This document shows, piece by piece, positions 47,207-57,170 of a stretch of 64,000 nt of DNA. The stretch is from Candidatus Dojkabacteria bacterium. Lineage in GTDB: Bacteria; Patescibacteriota; Dojkabacteria; B142; JAFGFJ01. Position 1 is the first letter of the stretch; each line of letters starts with the position of its first letter. The position numbers and the translations under genes are program-made. The stretch lies in assembly GCA_016931155.1 (NCBI GenBank), contig JAFGFJ010000006.1, positions 220,389-284,388 of the forward strand, read 5' to 3'. The notes under the pieces were generated by a model. The model was not told the origin of the DNA and ran no database searches. It saw only the letters and a program-made list of their open reading frames with translations.

Positions 47207-48112
47207 ATGAGTAGAAGGCTTGTTTTTGGACTGGTAATACTGTTTTCTGTCTTGTTTATGACGTCGGTTTTTCTTTACACGGGAAGCAGAAGTGACTTGG
47301 ATGAAAGAGGGAAGCTAAAAATAGCTGCGAGTATTTTTCCACTCTATGATTTCACAAGAGAAATTGCCGGTGATAAGGCTGAGGTGATCCTTATTCTTCC
47401 TTCAGGATCGAGCCCTCATACTTTTGAGCCTACTCCCAGGGATCAGGAAAAGCTCATTGGTACGGATGCAGTATTTGTAATAGGTCATGGTCTCGACGGC
47501 TGGGCAGAATATCTTGCAACTTCGATATCAGTAAATACGAAAGTGGTACCGGTAGATAGAGGAATTGCTCTTCTTGAGAGTAGAGATGAGGATGCCGGGG
47601 ATTTTTTCGATCCTCATTACTGGCTATCTTTGACCAATGCGGGAATAATTGTTGATAATATCACAGAGGAGCTTACTTTGCTCGATCCAGCAAATTCGTA
47701 TTTCTATACAAGGAATGCAATCAAGTATAAGGAAAAACTTTTTACACTCAGAGAAAATTCTCTTGGCGAATTATCCTCTATAAGAACAAATAAGATAATT
47801 ACTTTTCACAGCGCTTTTAGTTATTTCGCTCAAGATTTTGGTCTGGAAGTAGTTGCTACTATAGAGGAATATCCCGGGAAAGAACCTACAATTCAGTACA
47901 TTGCTAGTGTTCGTGAAATTATGGGACAACACGAGACAGATGTTTTGTTTAGAGAACCTCAGTTGTCTGACAGTGTAGTCATGGCCTTATCGGAAGATAC
48001 AGGTGCACAAATATATACAATTGATCCGGAAGGTGGAGGAATTGCAGGTATTGAGAGCTACATAGAGCTTATTGAGTACAACGTAAGTACAATTAAGAAA
48101 GCATTGAAATGA
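47207..48112 (+). CDS. metal (Zn/Mn) ABC transporter substrate-binding protein (ZnuA/TroA family)
   Basis: Signal anchor. IFPLYDF...ILPSGSSPHTFEPTPRD...HYWLS motifs typical of cluster-9 metal-binding SBPs. Confidence 0.8.
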   Translation: MSRRLVFGLVILFSVLFMTSVFLYTGSRSDLDERGKLKIAASIFPLYDFTREIAGDKAEVILILPSGSSPHTFEPTPRDQEKLIGTDAVFVIGHGLDGWAEYLATSISVNTKVVPVDRGIALLESRDEDAGDFFDPHYWLSLTNAGIIVDNITEELTLLDPANSYFYTRNAIKYKEKLFTLRENSLGELSSIRTNKIITFHSAFSYFAQDFGLEVVATIEEYPGKEPTIQYIASVREIMGQHETDVLFREPQLSDSVVMALSEDTGAQIYTIDPEGGGIAGIESYIELIEYNVSTIKKALK

Positions 48113-48113
48113 A

Positions 48114-48872
48114 ATGGATAAGAAAAATTTTGCGATTGAAACCACAAACTTGACAGTTTCTATTAATGGAAATAGTATTCTTAATTCTGTTAATTTATCC
48201 ATTGATACTGGTGGGTTTGTCTTTGTTGTCGGACCTAATGGTTCCGGAAAGTCGACTTTGGTAAAAGCTATCATGGGGCTTATTGATATTGATGGGGGTG
48301 AAGTAAAAGTATTTGGGGAAAAAAATACGCAGAAGAATATTGCATCCAATATTGGTTATGTTCCACAGTATGTCGGACTGGATCGTGAGTTTCCAATCAC
48401 TGTTGAGGAGATGATTAATCTGGAATGTGAGGACAAAGGTAAATGTCATAAAGAAATTGGCGAGCATTTTGAGTATTTGGATTCCCATTATTTACTTAAA
48501 AGAAAGATCAATCAGCTTTCGGGTGGTGAAATGCAGAAAGTATTGATAGTTAGAGGGCTTGTTAAAAATCCAGAGATACTTATTCTGGACGAGCCAACGA
48601 GCAATCTCGATACTGCGAGTCATAGGGATTTATATTTGTTACTGGAAAATTTGAACGAAAGGGGAAAAACAATCATCTTCATTTCTCACGATCTAAATGT
48701 TGTAAACAAATTTGCATCAAAGGTGTTGTATCTCTATGAGCACGAAGTAGTCACAGGCGACAGGGAGTCAATTCTTTCTCAGTACAGGGATCTTTTTGAT
48801 AATCGAAGCGATAGTAATATTCACGGATCGAATCATATCAACTATAAGAATCACAAAAACACTGATGGATAA
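48114..48872 (+). CDS. metal ABC transporter ATP-binding protein (ZnuC-like)
   Basis: Walker A GPNGSGKST, signature LSGGEMQK, Walker B ILILDEPTSNLD. Confidence 0.85.
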   Translation: MDKKNFAIETTNLTVSINGNSILNSVNLSIDTGGFVFVVGPNGSGKSTLVKAIMGLIDIDGGEVKVFGEKNTQKNIASNIGYVPQYVGLDREFPITVEEMINLECEDKGKCHKEIGEHFEYLDSHYLLKRKINQLSGGEMQKVLIVRGLVKNPEILILDEPTSNLDTASHRDLYLLLENLNERGKTIIFISHDLNVVNKFASKVLYLYEHEVVTGDRESILSQYRDLFDNRSDSNIHGSNHINYKNHKNTDG

Positions 48873-49686
48873 TATAGACATAGTTGAAATACTAAAACTT
48901 GAGTTTATGCAGAGAGCAATTATTGGTGGCTTTGTTGTTGCAATGATTACTGCAATGATAGGGGTGTTTGTTACTCTTAGAAAAGAAGCCTTTATTGGTG
49001 ACGGTATATCACATGCTTCTCTAGCTGGGATAGCTCTGGGCTTTTTTATTTCGGTTGCTCCGTTCTGGATGGCAGTCGCTGTCGCAGTTTTTATGGCGGT
49101 TGGAATTACTTTTTTACAGAAAAGATCTACACTTTCATCGGACTCGATAATAGGGGTATTTTTCACTCTTCTTTTTGCACTTGGTATTGTGATTTTTAAT
49201 CTAACACCAGGCTATAGGCCAGAAATTTCCACTTATCTTTTTGGATCAATTCTCTCCATAACCTGGGCGGATATTTTTTATGCCTTTGGAGTTGCGTTTC
49301 TGGTAATTTTATCCTTTGCGCTATTTTACAGGCAGTTTTTGTATACAACGCTGGATTCTGAGGCGGCTTATTTGAGAAACGTAAAAGTGAGGCTGATGAA
49401 TTATTTAATAAGAATCCTGACCGCTATCGTAATAGTCGTGAGTATAAAAGTCGTAGGCGTGATACTGGTGTCTGCGCTTTTGATAATACCTGCATCAGCT
49501 GTAAAGTTGATAGCGAAAAACTTTGGTCAGATGATTCCGCTCACAGTTACTTTCAGTATCTTCGGGACTATGATAGGTCTTTTTATGTCCTATATACTGA
49601 ATCTTCCATCCGGAGCAACAATTGTTCTTGTATTTGGAATAATATTTATGGTAGTTTTTCTCCTTAAAGGTATTCCCAGGGACTGA
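48865..49686 (+). CDS. metal ABC transporter permease (ZnuB / ABC-3 family)
   Basis: About 8 TM helices. ATG at 48865 overlaps the ATPase stop (ATGGATAA). The longer listed ORF start lies inside znuC. Confidence 0.8.
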   Translation: MDNIDIVEILKLEFMQRAIIGGFVVAMITAMIGVFVTLRKEAFIGDGISHASLAGIALGFFISVAPFWMAVAVAVFMAVGITFLQKRSTLSSDSIIGVFFTLLFALGIVIFNLTPGYRPEISTYLFGSILSITWADIFYAFGVAFLVILSFALFYRQFLYTTLDSEAAYLRNVKVRLMNYLIRILTAIVIVVSIKVVGVILVSALLIIPASAVKLIAKNFGQMIPLTVTFSIFGTMIGLFMSYILNLPSGATIVLVFGIIFMVVFLLKGIPRD

Positions 49687-49754
49687 TATCTCCATTTGGG
49701 TTATTTCTGAAGTTATCGTTATATGTTGTTTGTATCGGGGAAAAAGGAGGCTCT

Positions 49755-49828
49755 GCGGGACCGACCGGATTCGAACCGGCGACCTCTCGCGTGACAGGCG
49801 AGTGCTCTAACCAATTGAGCTACGATCC
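49755..49828 (-). tRNA. tRNA-Asp (anticodon GTC)
   Basis: Reverse complement GGGATCG TA GCTCAATTGGTTAGAGC A CTCGC CTGTCAC GCGAG AGGTC GCCGGTTCGAATCCGGT CGGTCCC G. Confidence 0.8.
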
Positions 49829-50001
49829 CGCAGAGCCTTCAAGAACTTCTTCAAAAGTATACTATTTTTGAAAGACTTTATTTTTCTTTCAAATAGACAA
49901 GCTTCTGATCGAGTTGTGAACCTCCTCTTTAAAAAGAGTGATGAGATTATAACAAAAAGTCATAATAAGTATCCATTTTATTGATGACAAATTGCTTCCG
50001 A

Positions 50002-51303
50002 TTAAATAGTATGATTTTCCTTCTTTTTTTTCTTGAATCCTATTTCCATGGTCAATATCTTTTCCGACGTAAAAATTTTACTGGCAAAGTAAATACAGAT
50101 GCAAACAAGAGCCAGAACATAAATAATCCCATAAATAACCAGGTCGTATCGTTGGAGGAAAATATTGTTTGCTGCAGTAAAGGTATGAGTAAACGGAATA
50201 GCATATATAAAAATTCTCAGTGGGACAGCAAACTGATTGATGTCAAAAAGCATTGTCAGTAAGTAGGGGATTAATACCACTATCATAAGTGGTGTTGTAA
50301 GTGCTTGACTGCTTTTAGTGTCCTCGGCAAAAGATCCAATGATAAAGGCAATCGAAAGTGCTACTAGTATCCCCAAAAATAGACATGCCCCGAGTAGAAC
50401 AAAGTCAGTAAAGCCTAGTGTTAGATTAAGGGATTCGAGAGCCTGCTTTATTCCTTCTGTTTTCACTGAATTCTGCGATTCTCCGGTTATTCCACTTGTG
50501 TAAGATTGAATTCCAATGAGATAAAGAATGGCCATTACTAGAGAAACTGTTCCTGCAGCGAGAAGTTTGGCTGCTACTATCAATTTTCTATTGATAGGTG
50601 TTGATAATAAAGTCTCTAGAGTTTTGTTTTCCTTTTCTGTTGCAATTGCACCTGCAACAAGTTGTGAGGCCAGACTAATAACAAGAAATAATACAATAGG
50701 GATAAAAAGCGTCTGTGAATATAGGTGACTAATAATTGATGTAGGATCAACATTTGTTATCTTGTCTTTGAGAATTACGAAGTTATTTGGTGTAATTGGA
50801 TTTTTTAGAAATATCTGATCAATGCTTGAGACATTTGCCTGAATAAGCTGACTACTGAGATACTCATTGAGAATTGCCGGAATCTGGGTGGTGATTCCTG
50901 AATCTATATTATTGAATAAAGACAAAGAATGGAAAACAGAATATACTTTTATCTCCTGTTGCTTATTCTTTCTGAGATTTTCTTCCGTTGCTTCTGGAAA
51001 GACAATTAAAAACTTTTCTCCATTTTCCTTTATCTGTGTGATTATTTCTTCAGTTGGAGCATCTTTATAATAGTCGACTTTATAATTATTTTGTTTGATG
51101 ATTTCAACAAAGCTGTTAGTAGTCTGACTCTCGTCGAGATCAAGGATAGCTACTGTAACTTCCTTCTCCTGATTTTTTGTTTCGGATCCAATAAATTTTC
51201 CAATGGAAAAAAACAAGAAGGTCATAGCAAAAAAAGGTACTATTACCTGAGGAGACAGCAATTCCCTTAATTCTTTTTTAAATAGCATGAAGAATTTTTT
51301 CAT
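50002..51303 (-). CDS. ABC-2 family transporter permease
   Basis: N-terminal TM, large extracytoplasmic loop, then 5 C-terminal TM helices. Overlaps the upstream ABC ATPase gene by 4 nt. Confidence 0.7.
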   Translation of the reverse strand: MKKFFMLFKKELRELLSPQVIVPFFAMTFLFFSIGKFIGSETKNQEKEVTVAILDLDESQTTNSFVEIIKQNNYKVDYYKDAPTEEIITQIKENGEKFLIVFPEATEENLRKNKQQEIKVYSVFHSLSLFNNIDSGITTQIPAILNEYLSSQLIQANVSSIDQIFLKNPITPNNFVILKDKITNVDPTSIISHLYSQTLFIPIVLFLVISLASQLVAGAIATEKENKTLETLLSTPINRKLIVAAKLLAAGTVSLVMAILYLIGIQSYTSGITGESQNSVKTEGIKQALESLNLTLGFTDFVLLGACLFLGILVALSIAFIIGSFAEDTKSSQALTTPLMIVVLIPYLLTMLFDINQFAVPLRIFIYAIPFTHTFTAANNIFLQRYDLVIYGIIYVLALVCICIYFASKIFTSEKILTMEIGFKKKKKENHTI

Positions 51304-52037
51304 GTCTTATTTGTTTTACTGGTGATTTTTGCAAAGACTTCCTCCAGATTTGCTGCTCTATATTTTTTCTTTAAGAAAACTGGAGTTCCAATTTCAATAA
51401 TTCTTCCTTTGTCAATGATACCAACTTTGTCCGAAAGAAATTCAATTTCAAGCATATTGTGTGATGATAAAAGAACAGACATCCCTATTTTCGACAAGTC
51501 CCTTATCACTTTCCTGATGTAAAGAGCATTGATTACATCAAGTCCGCTTGTAGGTTCATCAAGTATTGCAAGTTTTGGTTTTGTCATTACAGCTCTTGCA
51601 AGTAAAAGTTTACGTGTCATGCCCTTACTGTAAGTTTTAATTTTATCATTAAGTCTCTCTCTTAAATCTGCAATCCCTTCGGCAAATTCCAGGCACTTAT
51701 CTCTCTCCTCCTTTGTGCTTGTGTAAAGAGAGGCCATAAAGTCCAGGTAGTCAATGCCCCGCATGTTCTTATATGCTCCAGCCTCTTCAGGCAAATAAGC
51801 GATTATCTGACGGATTTGACTCGATTGTTTTACCAGATCATTGCCGAAGACAGAAATAGTACCCTCTGTGGGACTGAGTACAGTTGCAACAATTTTTAAA
51901 GTGGTGGATTTTCCTGCTCCATTAGATCCGATAAGGGCAAAGATTTCGTTTTGATTTATTTCAAACTCAATATTGTTTACGGCGATTATTTCTCCGTACT
52001 TTTTTGAAAGATGTTTTACTGATAATGCTTTTTGCAA
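51300..52037 (-). CDS. ABC transporter ATP-binding protein (ABC-2 exporter partner)
   Basis: Walker A GSNGAGKST, Q-loop, LDEPTSGLD Walker B, H-loop SSHNM. Confidence 0.85.
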   Translation of the reverse strand: MQKALSVKHLSKKYGEIIAVNNIEFEINQNEIFALIGSNGAGKSTTLKIVATVLSPTEGTISVFGNDLVKQSSQIRQIIAYLPEEAGAYKNMRGIDYLDFMASLYTSTKEERDKCLEFAEGIADLRERLNDKIKTYSKGMTRKLLLARAVMTKPKLAILDEPTSGLDVINALYIRKVIRDLSKIGMSVLLSSHNMLEIEFLSDKVGIIDKGRIIEIGTPVFLKKKYRAANLEEVFAKITSKTNKT

Positions 52038-52127
52038 TAATTGTGTTTGGTTAAGCAGTAAATTTAAAACTAATAAATATAAAAATCAAAACTGTCTCTT
52101 GAGATTTTCAGCAACAATATAATTGTC

Positions 52128-52214
52128 TGGTGCTCAGAGAGGGAGTTGAACCCTCACGCCCCGAAGGGCACTGCCTCCTGAAGACAGCGTGTCTACCAAT
52201 TCCACCACCTGAGC
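52128..52214 (-). tRNA. tRNA-Leu (anticodon CAG), type II with long variable arm, CCA encoded
   Basis: Reverse complement GCTCAGG TG GTGGAATTGGTAGACAC G CTGTC TTCAGGA GGCAG TGCCCTTCGGGGCGT GAGGGTTCAACTCCCTC TCTGAGC A CCA. Confidence 0.8.
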
Positions 52215-52263
52215 GCAGAAATATCATAATTATTGCCCACCTCCTTTTTCTTATCTCTTTTAT

Positions 52264-53604
52264 TTAGCTACGTTTTGGGGGCAAGTCTGCTAAATACCGG
52301 CCGTCAAAGCGAAACAATTCATTAATCCCGTTATCTTCTGTGGCTACCAGTGTATCATTTTTGTAAATTGAGACCTTTGATCCAAATCTGAGGTAAGACC
52401 CGACAATTTTCCAGGTCAGACCAGCAATAAAATCAAAAATTTTCTGCAGAATCTTTGGATAATTCTCTGTATCAAGTAAAAGCTTTAGAGTCGGTACTGC
52501 TAACCACGTCTTTATATCTTCAACTTTAATCAGATATTTATCTTTACCGACTTTTCCATCTATATAGTATACTTTTGGTCGCTGATTGTGTGTCTCCTTA
52601 CTATATGGATCATCCCCACGGGTAAGAACCCACTCATCAGCGTTGGCGGAAATTACTGTTCCGTCATTCTGAGCAAGAACCATTGTTTGAACAACTGCAT
52701 CTTTGTACTTTCGAGTTCCTACATTGTAACCAAATAACATCATATACTGTCCCAGTTTACAGCTTAACCAGATCCAGTATGAGAATAGCCCAATCGGTTT
52801 TGTCCCGGCACCCATGTCTGCATAACCATCTCCACTGAGATCAATTTTCTCCTTCTGCCAGATCATGTGTCCCTTTACTTTCGAGAATGGTTGGGGAATA
52901 AGCCAGGCAAGGATGTCATTGAATTCAGATCCCCCGCAATAAAAACCAGTTTTAACTCGATGTGGTCTAACAAGTCCCTTATGCTCAACTACCATTTCTT
53001 CAAGACCTATCTCCGGCAATGAAACTCTTGAGTGAACCAAACCCGGGTTGCCGTTAATTGCTTCTATCAATATTTCTCTTTTTAACCATTCCTTACCTTT
53101 TTTAACCTTACCGTTTACTTTTATATATAAAGATTTATTGCTAAAGCTGACTTCTTCCGGCTTAAATTTTACTTCTTTAACAGAACCTCGTTTGTTTTTT
53201 GGATGAATTTCTATGCGAAAGTATGGAGCCCAGTTCTGCAATTTGTATAGAATAAAATTTTTCGTAACAAATCCAAATACTATTGATAGTTTCTCAGTTT
53301 CTATATGGAAATATCTCCACTCGAGATGGCCTTTCTTTCGAGGTGTTCTTTCTGCGTATTCCCAGTCCTGCATTAAACCGTTTTGGTCAACTTCGTCAAG
53401 ACGGTACATTTTCCGCAACTCTGGACTGTCAGGTAGTCCATATACTATTCCAGGTCTTTCAAGTTTTTCAGTTACTTCTGTGTTTTTACCTATAGTAGAT
53501 TCTTGTTGCATTGCTTGAAGATAAAAAATAAGTGTTGAGCGAATTAAATGCTTCAGAGATATTATATATAAACCCAGGAGGTAATCAATTCCCTCAGCAA
53601 ACAA
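52264..53604 (-). CDS. hypothetical protein (446 aa; an alternative start at 53511 would give 415 aa)
   Basis: Long ORF between two tRNA-Leu genes. No motif recognised. Confidence 0.45.
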   Translation of the reverse strand: MFAEGIDYLLGLYIISLKHLIRSTLIFYLQAMQQESTIGKNTEVTEKLERPGIVYGLPDSPELRKMYRLDEVDQNGLMQDWEYAERTPRKKGHLEWRYFHIETEKLSIVFGFVTKNFILYKLQNWAPYFRIEIHPKNKRGSVKEVKFKPEEVSFSNKSLYIKVNGKVKKGKEWLKREILIEAINGNPGLVHSRVSLPEIGLEEMVVEHKGLVRPHRVKTGFYCGGSEFNDILAWLIPQPFSKVKGHMIWQKEKIDLSGDGYADMGAGTKPIGLFSYWIWLSCKLGQYMMLFGYNVGTRKYKDAVVQTMVLAQNDGTVISANADEWVLTRGDDPYSKETHNQRPKVYYIDGKVGKDKYLIKVEDIKTWLAVPTLKLLLDTENYPKILQKIFDFIAGLTWKIVGSYLRFGSKVSIYKNDTLVATEDNGINELFRFDGRYLADLPPKRS

Positions 53605-53658
53605 ATTTTAGTGGAAGTTCAGATTGAATGACTTGTCTGTTAAGTTGAGAAGTGAATT

Positions 53659-53744
53659 TGGTGCTGAGGAGAGGAGTTGAACCTCCACACCCTTGCGGGC
53701 ACTACCACCTCAAGGTAGCGTGTCTACCATTCCACCACCTCAGC
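53659..53744 (-). tRNA. tRNA-Leu (anticodon GAG), type II, CCA encoded
   Basis: Reverse complement GCTGAGG TG GTGGAATGGTAGACAC G CTACC TTGAGGT GGTAG TGCCCGCAAGGGTGT GGAGGTTCAACTCCTCT CCTCAGC A CCA. Confidence 0.8.
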
Positions 53745-53824
53745 ATGGATAATTATATCAAATCAATAAACATTCTTTCATTTCTAAATTCTCCTGTCTA
53801 TAATCTAATATTGAAAATAATAAT

Positions 53825-55414
53825 ATGAAAATCAGAAAACTATTCGCAGATAAATACAAAATTATTTTTATTCTTGCAATTCTTATTCTTATACTTCTGA
53901 GAATTCCGAGTCTTTTTGAGCCTCGCTGGCACGGAGATGAAGGGATTTACGCAGCTGTAGCAAATGAAATGTCTCATGGAGAAAAGCTATATGTTGATGC
54001 GTGGGATCACAAGCCTCCGGCAATCTACGTACTTTACTGGATTGGTAGTCATTTTGGAAATAACAATCTTTTTTTTGTAAAGACATTGAATCTGGTCGCT
54101 GCAATTGGAACTCTTATTTTTATAAAAAAACTGGCAACACAATTTTTCAACAAGAAAGTCAGTTTGATTGTAAGTGCATTGTTTGTACTAATGATTGCTT
54201 CAAAAATATTTGAAGGGAATATTGCAAATGCGGAAAATTTTTTTATGTTTTTCACGACTCTCGGGATGTATCTGTATTTAAATGCCAGGAATTCCAAATC
54301 AAAAGTGTTTTCTGGTCTTTCCTTTTCAGTTGGAGTACTGTTCAAGATCCATCCTCTTTTTGATTTTATTGCTCTGATCTTTTTTATTCTCTTAATTGCA
54401 ATTAGAAAAAAAGAAAAAATTAAGAATCTGGTTTTTGATATGGTCTATGTTGTAACTCCATTTGTGCTGCTTCAACTCTGGACTTTTGTTATTACGGGTC
54501 TTTTAATTGGCAGTTTTTCTGAGTATATATTTACAAATATTACATATAATCTGGGCTATACTGGTTATACTGAAGCAGCAAAGGCTCCATCGATCCTTTC
54601 ATTTGAATCTCTGACCTTCAGAGCAGGACTAACGGTGCTCGTATTTGTGATATCTGGATTTCTCTATTACAGAAAAAAAATCTCGGACAAACTACTTTTG
54701 TTAATTCTCTGGTTTACTGCAGGACTATTTGCCGCATTCCTTTCGGCAAGGGCATATCTTCATTATGCTTTGCAGGTATTGCCTGCCTTTGTTCTTATGG
54801 TTGGTATGATTGTTTACTGGGTAGAAAAGAGCAAGAAGTTGTCAGTAAAGATTCTTCTAGCTCTGGTGCCAATTGTACTATTGATTGGTACATTCTCGGG
54901 CTTTTTCCCAGTAGTAAAAAGCGTTAAAGGTATATTGAAAGAAGACGACCCTGTTTATTATACTAGTTTCTTGAAAAGGGCTATGGGTAAGATTAGCACC
55001 AGAGAATACAACGATGTCTTCGATAAAAAAGTGAATGATATGTACGACCTTATAGAATTTATAAGAGAGTCGGCTGGAGTAGCTGGTAAAGAAAATGACG
55101 GGCAAAGGATATCTGTCTTTCTTTGGGGGAAAAGTGCCTGGTTTTATGACTTAGTGAATGCAGATAATCCAAGCAGATATGTGGTAGATTTCCATATTGG
55201 TTCCAAGCTTGGAAGAAGAAGTGAACTTATGTATGACCTTGAAACTACAAGGCCTGAATTTATTGTTCAGGAAAAGGGAAAGAAGCTTTTTGAAAAAAAG
55301 GGGAATAAACTCAGAGCTGGTCAGAGAAGTCTGGATGAATTTGTAAAAGAAGATTATGAGCTTATTGGAGTTGATATTGGGGGTAGATATATGGTGTACA
55401 GGATAATAAATTAA
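53825..55414 (+). CDS. GT-C-fold membrane glycosyltransferase (ArnT / PMT / GT39-83-like)
   Basis: About 11 TM helices. DE-containing first periplasmic loop (RWHGDEGIYAAVA) typical of undecaprenyl/dolichyl-phosphate-sugar transferases. Soluble C-terminal domain. Confidence 0.55.
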   Translation: MKIRKLFADKYKIIFILAILILILLRIPSLFEPRWHGDEGIYAAVANEMSHGEKLYVDAWDHKPPAIYVLYWIGSHFGNNNLFFVKTLNLVAAIGTLIFIKKLATQFFNKKVSLIVSALFVLMIASKIFEGNIANAENFFMFFTTLGMYLYLNARNSKSKVFSGLSFSVGVLFKIHPLFDFIALIFFILLIAIRKKEKIKNLVFDMVYVVTPFVLLQLWTFVITGLLIGSFSEYIFTNITYNLGYTGYTEAAKAPSILSFESLTFRAGLTVLVFVISGFLYYRKKISDKLLLLILWFTAGLFAAFLSARAYLHYALQVLPAFVLMVGMIVYWVEKSKKLSVKILLALVPIVLLIGTFSGFFPVVKSVKGILKEDDPVYYTSFLKRAMGKISTREYNDVFDKKVNDMYDLIEFIRESAGVAGKENDGQRISVFLWGKSAWFYDLVNADNPSRYVVDFHIGSKLGRRSELMYDLETTRPEFIVQEKGKKLFEKKGNKLRAGQRSLDEFVKEDYELIGVDIGGRYMVYRIIN

Positions 55415-55415
55415 A

Positions 55416-57170
55416 CTATTTTTTCCTTGTGACCCAGTAGCTGAGATACCTTGAAAAAAGTAGTCTGGTATTGGCATCCAGTCCGGGTATTGCCATAAAA
55501 AATATCGCAACAAATGGATTTAAAAGCCACTGAAAAGGGCTTATCAATTTCTTCAGGAGGCTTTCTTTTCCTTCTTTTAATGGCTGAAGAAGGTAGTTTA
55601 TGAGAATGGTGACAGCAAAGGTCAGAAGTGTCAATCTTATTATGAATGATGACACAACAGGTAGTCTTGCTCCCAGAACAGTATTTCTTAAAATTGGATT
55701 TACAAGTGGCGGGATGTTTCCTCCGATCAGAAGAACAAATCCTACTGTACTTCCAAAAACATGATCTAAAAGTGTGTCGAAACTACGATAAAGCACGTAA
55801 GGTGTCAGTTCACCTTTAAACAGAGCTTTGAAAACAGACTTTATAATAAATTTGTCGTCAGATATTCCCCATGCCCACCTTCTTGTCTGCAGGTAATTAT
55901 TTTTTGTTACTGCAAATAATGTATCTCCTTCTGCTGCATCTGACATAACTTTTAAAAATATAGGGACTGTACTTACCTTGTTTTTATATTTAAACAATGC
56001 TCTATGAAATGTATCCCAGTCCTCTCCAGATGAATTCGGATTCCAGAAGTCTATTCCTTTGGCAAGAAATAAAGGGAAGCAGTATGTTGAAAAGGGGATT
56101 AGTTTATCAGTTCTTATTGTGCGGCTTACGCTATTTGTTACATCAATGGTTGCTTTCATTCTAAGAAAGAACGGAAGTTTCCAGATATTTGCATAAAACA
56201 CTATAGGCGCCCAGTAGAACTTGTATAGCCTGTCAGGGTTCTTTACGAATTCGTATGCAATATATGAATAGTATTGAGCAGGTAATTTGGAATCGGAGTC
56301 ACTGTCAGTTATTAGGGTAAGTTTGTCATCCCATCCAAGTCTTTCTGCTTGCTTGCTTACATACCTCGATGCGTAGTTCATGTTTGCAGATTTTCCTCTA
56401 ATTTCGTCTTCTGAAAGTACATGTCTGGTTACCCAAATATTTTCAAAGATTCCTTCGTACTCCTTTTGCAATTTTCTCCCTATTTCATAACCTGCTGGAA
56501 TAGCTGCCTCACTTGCCAGGCAGACCGATATCCGTCTTATTGGAAAAGTCTGTTTTGCAAGGTACTCCATTGTTTTTTTCATCACTTCATAAGGCTCCAT
56601 AACAAAAGGGATGATGAGGACGAATCTCATATCCTTCCAGTTCGGCAGATCTTTTCTTTTTGATAATTTTTCAAGCTCCTTGATTTCGGACTTCAAGAAT
56701 TTTATTTGTTTTCTTTTTTCAAGCAAGAATGCCAGTCTGTGTAGGAAGCTTGGCAGCTTGTCTATTAAGTGAAGAGATCTTATGTCATCTTTGTCTATTT
56801 TTTCCTTTAGTTCAGCTGAATGCTTTAGGTCAATTTTGAATTGTTTGCTCCATTTCTGTTTTTTTATCCTTGCAAGGTCTTTCTCAAGGTGCTTCACAGT
56901 TGCATCAGGATTTATGGTACTCTCCAGCTTCTTCTGCCAGTCTATTTGCTCACTTGCTCTTATTTTCAGGAAGGAAATAATGAAGTATATACCGGTAGTT
57001 GTTGCTCTGTAGAAAAAATATACGTTGTAAAGGATAATAAAATATGCCGTAAAATCAGGCAGAAGGAATCCTCCCCAAATAGGGAGTGTGATAATTAGAT
57101 ACACAGCGATTGGTACAAATTTTTCAACAATCTGATCTGTTTTTGTCGTTCCTGGTGGAGGAGCCATCAA
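55416..57170 (-). CDS. processive family-2 glycosyltransferase (cellulose/chitin-synthase-like) with flanking TM helices
   Basis: DxD-type acidic motifs (LITDSDSDS) and the Q(Q/R)xRW signature QTRRWAWG, within a protein with N- and C-terminal TM bundles. Confidence 0.7.
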   Translation of the reverse strand: MMAPPPGTTKTDQIVEKFVPIAVYLIITLPIWGGFLLPDFTAYFIILYNVYFFYRATTTGIYFIISFLKIRASEQIDWQKKLESTINPDATVKHLEKDLARIKKQKWSKQFKIDLKHSAELKEKIDKDDIRSLHLIDKLPSFLHRLAFLLEKRKQIKFLKSEIKELEKLSKRKDLPNWKDMRFVLIIPFVMEPYEVMKKTMEYLAKQTFPIRRISVCLASEAAIPAGYEIGRKLQKEYEGIFENIWVTRHVLSEDEIRGKSANMNYASRYVSKQAERLGWDDKLTLITDSDSDSKLPAQYYSYIAYEFVKNPDRLYKFYWAPIVFYANIWKLPFFLRMKATIDVTNSVSRTIRTDKLIPFSTYCFPLFLAKGIDFWNPNSSGEDWDTFHRALFKYKNKVSTVPIFLKVMSDAAEGDTLFAVTKNNYLQTRRWAWGISDDKFIIKSVFKALFKGELTPYVLYRSFDTLLDHVFGSTVGFVLLIGGNIPPLVNPILRNTVLGARLPVVSSFIIRLTLLTFAVTILINYLLQPLKEGKESLLKKLISPFQWLLNPFVAIFFMAIPGLDANTRLLFSRYLSYWVTRKK